Assembly (NCBI GenBank): GCA_013239625.1
Contig: MU054187.1
Location: 18,344,711 to 18,408,710 of the forward strand
Origin: Lama guanicoe
Lineage: Eukaryota
Length of the DNA: 64,000 nt
Direction of reading: 5' to 3'
Part shown: piece after piece, positions 58,745 through 64,000 of the stretch
How the letters are laid out: each line of letters begins with the position of its first letter
Position numbering within the stretch: position 1 is the first letter of the stretch
Position numbers and translations under genes: made by a program
The notes under the pieces: model-generated
Databases searched by the model: none
The model's input: the letters and a program-made list of their open reading frames with translations, nothing else
Told to the model about the DNA's origin: nothing

Positions 58745-61700
58745 GGCGGCGGCGGCGGCGGCGCTGGGCGTCCGCATGAATGGAGAAGAATGGGCAGGCG
58801 GGGGCGCCGGGCCGCGCGAGGGCGCGCCGGCGGGGGCTGGGCGGCCGCGGGCCGGGCCCCCGGTGTGAACCTGTAATCCGAGCTTGGGCGCCGGGCGGCC
58901 CCCGAAGCCGCCGCCCTGCGCCGCGGTAAATCTCGGCTGCGGGGCCGCCCGTGCCCGGCGCGGCAGGCGCGCGCCGCCGGCGGAGACAGGCCTGATGCAC
59001 CTGGCCGGGCGGCGCGCCGGGCGCTCAGCGGACGGGCAGGGCGCCATCCACAGTGGCCACCAGCCCGGGAGCCGGCGCTTGCAGGGAAGGCATGACTTCA
59101 GGGACTGTTCTTTTTCGGTTTCTGGAGCTGTGTCTCCACCAGCAGCCGGTCGCGCTTCCGCAGGGGCTTCCCAGCCTCCAGGATGAAATGAATTCCCCTG
59201 TGCATCTAATTTCCGGGGAAGTGAAGCGCTTGTTTTCTCGGCTGTCTAGAGAGGGAAAAGGCCTCTGGGGATATTCATTATATTTTTTGTTTGTTTTTTT
59301 CAGGCCTTGGCGGCCAGATCCTCTCAGCGGGCGACAGGGTGGCGGGGCTGAGCTTTGGCGTCTGAGGCCGCCCTCCCTGCGGGGACTCACGTCTCTGGCC
59401 CATAGACACTGGTGCGCACCCCACACACTCTGGCCTCGGTGGTGGCGTGGCGTGGCGTGTACTGGGTGCTACGTGAAGTTCCACGAGTCCTCAAGAAGAG
59501 AGATTTTTTAATATATATAGTATATCTCGGACTGATTCCTGATTTGTAGAAGCAGCCGAATGGTTGCTTTGAATTTAGAAATCCAGGCTTCCTTAGCCCT
59601 GACAAAGGAGCAGAGCAATCCCTACTCCTCTGAATCCACTCTAGTGGCTGCTGAGTTTGGAATCCTGTCAGTGAGGGAACGCTTGATAAATACTGTTGAG
59701 GATGACAGAAGTATTCTCACCTTTGCGAATTGCTGGCCCATTTCTGTTCCCCCTTAATTGTTGATCTCAGTGCCCTCTTAACACACTTTGGACACCACGC
59801 ACTCTCAGTGGCCTGAACCTGATACGTTTACGTTCGTTTCTCAGCCTGTCACCCCCCCCACACACACGTTACGCCCCTTCCTGGCTCTCGCTGACCCTCT
59901 TATTCCACTTCGCCTTCACCTCCGACCCCTCAGTCCTTCCTAATGGCCTCCTCTGCTTCCCTGTCTAGGCTGCGTCTCTCCATCAGCCAACGTGGATTTC
60001 TTGTTGCTGGTGCACCAGGAGGCCACTTGTCAGTTGTCCACCCGAGGATAAACCCAGTGTCTTCTTTCTCTGCTCCTACTCGCAGGTCACAGAGCTCCCT
60101 GGGGTTTGCTATAGTCACAAAACCAGACGTTCAGCCTCCGCAGTCTTCAGTCAAGCACATCATTGCCACTTGCCACTTCCCTTGTAGAACCTGGTGTTCC
60201 AGGCATAGGAAACCATCCACCCTTTCCCCTCTGCTTTCCAGACTTCTCTGACTTTCAGTTTCTTCCCCCAGAGTGATGGGCCACTCTGCCCCAGAAGTCA
60301 GTGTATGCACTACCCTCTGTGGTTCTGTAAATTTTCCCAGCCTCTGGAATCTACCATGAGTCAGCCTTTCCTGCTTTGGCCCATTTCTGCTGCCTTGGAG
60401 AAGCGTGGGCAGGCTGCAGCTAGGTGAGAGAGAGGGGAAGACAACGTGGGGTTGAGGATTCCTCACCCACATTAGTACCTAAACAAAATATTCCTCCCAT
60501 ACTCAATATTACTTTCTGTCAAAAAAAGGGGTCTACATTGAAATTGTCCATTCCTGTGCTTCTTAACTTGGGCTCTCATTCGTTTATCCATCCAGCAAAT
60601 ACTTACTGGGTGCCTCCCGTGTGCCTGGCACTGTGCTGGGACCTGAGAATGTGACAGGGAGCCAAAAGTTACATGGTTTCTGCGTCCAGGAATTCACATT
60701 CTAGGGGGAGATAATACACAAGTGAAATAGTTGTAGATGTGTCGATGCTTGGAAATACAAGGGGGTGAGAACACTTTCTGAGGTCTAAGTAGGCCTTTTC
60801 TGAGTTTGAGAAGGGACTTTGATGGAGGTGAGGTCAACCTGGTGGTTCACTTAGAGCCAAGAAAGAAGGGATCAAGGCCCCTCCTTTGGATGGTGGCATC
60901 AGAGGAGAGAGTTGGACTGAAAGCAGGAGGCCCAATGTTGTACCACCTGCTACATGGCGGGGATTTATCCCTGGAAGCTTTGAGCAAAGAACTGTTTTAA
61001 ACTTCTTAGCAACCCACTGTGAACAAGGCAAACATGCAGAAGTGACCCCCTCTCCAGCCTGAGAGGAGCTGCCCGGGCCTAGCCCTCCAGAAGGGGCCTT
61101 TTTCCAGTGGAATGGGGGGGGGAGCATTGTTGTTTTATCGCTCTTGAGGTAGCAGCCTTTTCCAGTTTGCATGCAGGCCCATTTCCTCACCTGGTCTGTG
61201 GGGTCCGGGTTTAGTTATTTATATCCAGCTGGTTGCCTTTCTCTGTGTTCTCTTGCAGAAAAGATGCTCCATGTGCCCCCGAAGAGAGAAATAGCCCAGA
61301 TTAGGGAAATTCACTCCCAGGGCCAGGCCTGGGCCGGGCTTCCAAAGGGCTGAACTGGTCAGACCTCTAGAGGGTAAGAGCTCGTTCTCAAAGTGCAGCT
61401 CCAGCATTTCTGTATGAAAGAGGCTTAAGGGTGACCAGCTGGCCAGAAAAGACAGTAGGGGATGGCCCAGGAAGAAGCCCTGAGTCTTCAGTTGTCTGTT
61501 CATCAAGGCTCTGGCCACCGTGGAGGTCCCGACTTTGGTGTCCTCAGTGAAGCCTTCTCGCTGTCAGTTTGCTAGTGAGTGTAGGCGATTGTGAATAGAC
61601 AGGAGCTGGCAACGGTGTGCCAGAGAGCCAGAGATTACACCCGCAGCCCGGGGAAAAGAGAGACAGCCTTAGTCTGGGCTTGTAGGCAAGTTGCTTTATC

Positions 61701-64000
61701 TATTCTGGGGCAAAATGCCTTTTAGGAAACAGCTTTTAGGTGAAACCAGCTGGTGTTTGAAACATCCGGGTCTTTCTTGTTTATGGATTCACTTGACACC
61801 CTGTATAAAGCCCCTACTAGGTGCTGGGCACAGAGCCGGGCCTGGAGCACTGAGCTGGGAAGCCACAGTCCCTATCCAGCTGCTCACAGGGGTGCATGTT
61901 AAAGACATGTTCAGATCAACATCTTAGCTGCATGACAACGGGCAAGTTATTTAACCTCTTTAAGCCTCTGTTCTCCTATCTGTGAAATGGGAAAATTAAT
62001 AATTTTATTTTCCATTGTCTCAGATTAAATAAGATCAATTTTGTAAAGCATTTTACAGTGATTTACCATGAGTAAGCACTTAAACAGCAGCTTTATTATG
62101 AGCTATTGTCTGTGACTATAAACTATTAATGTATCTGATTTACCAATAAGTAAATAAACTGAACACTAGGTTACCCCTCAGTTTTCTTCTGATACTCAGT
62201 TAGTTACACATCTAATGAGAAATAAATACGTATCTAGTAATTGGATATATTCAACGCAGTCTCTCTAGAAAGCTTTTTAAGATGGTGGGAAAGAACCATG
62301 CTTCTTGTGAAGAGTACGAGGTTATTTTGAGTAGACCTAAAAAAGAAGCACCTGCTATTGATTACTAGTGAAAGTTGTGCATTCTGAGTCTCTTTTTAAG
62401 GAACGTGCCTTGAACACGCCGTGCTGTGAGCACGTGAACAAGTAAGTTGCGTCCTTACTGGCTTCAGACATGGCTCCTTGATGAGAACCCACGAGATACA
62501 GTCACCCAAAGCTGGCAGACCCAAATTTTGACTAAATGCCACTTTTCCTCTGCTCCTCATGCTTGCTGCCTTCTCTTGCTTCTGTGTCTCAAATGCCACA
62601 TTGCCTTGGGGCATGTGATGCCAAGCAAAAGTGCATTTCCACTGCCCTCTCTCCTTCCTGAGGTCAGATGTGAGACCCTTTGCGTTGGCCCTGAAGGGGT
62701 TGTTGAATTGGAATCCCATCAGGCAGCAAAGTTCTACAGCAAGAGGTGGAGAGAGTTCCAAGTTGCCTGCTTGGGTCTGACCTAGCCGTGTGACCTTGAG
62801 TCCATGACTGTACGTCTCTCCTCCAAGCTTTGGTTTTCTCATCTGTAAATTAAGAATTATCCCTTGGTACTAGTTTTGGTTTTTTAGAAGGTAAAATGAG
62901 ACAAATCATTTTGTATACTACTATACAAATGTCACGCCTCCTGCTTACGAGTTACAGTGGTGATAACGTGGGCTCCTTCATCCTGAATTGGGCTGAGCAT
63001 CTTAAGAGGATGCTTCTGTAGGTTTTCTTGCTCCTGCAAGAAACACAGATACGGCAGTATTGCCTAAGCATCCAGGCAAACCAGGAAAATTCCTTCAGGA
63101 TGGATCACTCTGTCTTTAAAAAAAAAAAAAGAAAAAGGATATTTAAAATGCCAAGTGCATTTCACAGAACATTAATCTTTCAAGATTCTCTGCAAAATAA
63201 TCTGTTTTCAAAGACATTTGGGAAACTACTGGAGATCTCAGGGCGCCTGAGAGCGTAAATGGCTCTGAGAAATCCTTAGTAAAGACGCCTCATTGTCATG
63301 TGTCTAACTCTGCACTTCCGGAACTCATCAACTTTAGAACCCTTTTGTCACACAACATCTGCCAGTATTCCACTGAAATAGCATCCTCAGGAACCAACCT
63401 TGGGAAATTCTGTTCTAGCCTAAGGATGGATGCATTTTGCTTGTGATGAACGACTGGTGACCCACATAAAATGAAGCATAAGTGAAAAGCAACTTAATAG
63501 AAAGTATTATTGAGTTCTGGATATAACTTTGGCTTTAAAAATTCTTTCCTGACTATTCGGAGAGAACAATTCCTTGAAAAAAAAATGTAAAGACTTCTTC
63601 ACTGCACTTTTATGGCACTTACCATGCACCAGGCACAGTTTTAAGAACTAAGCTTGTAATTGCATCCTCAGAATAACCCAGGAAGGAGCAATTAGTATTT
63701 TTCCCAGTTTTACAAGAAGCCTGGGCAGAGAGAAGTAGATTTGCTCAAAGTCGTATCTGAATCCCTGCTGTTGGTTTGATTCCATGGCATCCTCTTTCCC
63801 TTAAAGGCTAGTTTACAGCATATTCTTTTCTCAATTCAAATGATGCAAACAGTAATTGGCAACATATTCCCTCAATTAAAATATTTCAGTTATTTATTTG
63901 CAGTGTCTTTTCAAAATTTAAATAATTCAGTGAAACTTTTTATTTCACACTTTCAAGACAGCTCTGGATATAAGTGAGATCAGTCTTAGGGTGTCAGAAA

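Larger units (their letters stand above)
57880..59490. promoter_or_regulatory. CpG island / HEY1 promoter
   Basis: Very GC- and CpG-rich across intron 1, exon 1 and upstream; GC boxes (GGGCGG) near 58408-58431. Confidence 0.92.

Noticed and set aside
57976..59047. 228-267-aa ORFs across the promoter
   Set aside because: Artefacts of reading through the N gap and the stop-poor CpG island.
1..64000. CRISPR arrays, operons, defence systems or other prokaryote-type novelty
   Set aside because: The sequence is mammalian (spliceosomal introns, L1/MIR/MaLR repeats) and no repeat-spacer array was seen.

Overview
Mammalian genomic DNA, most likely a camelid, inferred from three Vic-1-like tRNA(Ala)-derived SINEs. 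The only protein-coding gene is HEY1 (hairy/enhancer-of-split related with YRPW motif 1, a Notch-target bHLH-Orange repressor) on the minus strand. It has five coding exons (58224-58136, 57870-57795, 57646-57563, 57274-57193, 56310-55727) totalling 915 nt = 304 aa + stop, all introns are GT-AG, and the 3' UTR runs to an AATAAA at 54583-54588. Its CpG-island promoter carries a perfect RBPJ site and is interrupted by a 312-N assembly gap. The ~54 kb downstream of HEY1 is intergenic and dominated by repeats: L1 3' ends with TSDs, L2, MIR, MaLR LTRs, an ERV solo LTR, hAT MITEs and microsatellites. Nearly all short ORFs in the track are noise. I found no evidence for a wholly new biological system. 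Best leads: (1) an in-frame alternative first exon in HEY1 intron 4 that would give a bHLH-less Orange/YRPW isoform; (2) a ~99.6% identical 2,123-bp tandem duplication (true CNV or haplotype artefact); (3) a perfect CTCF motif inside HEY1 coding exon 5; (4) a solo LTR with an intact CCAAT/octamer/TATA promoter; (5) splice signals for a divergent transcript; (6) several atypical retroposition events. Repeat family names and boundaries are by-eye and approximate.
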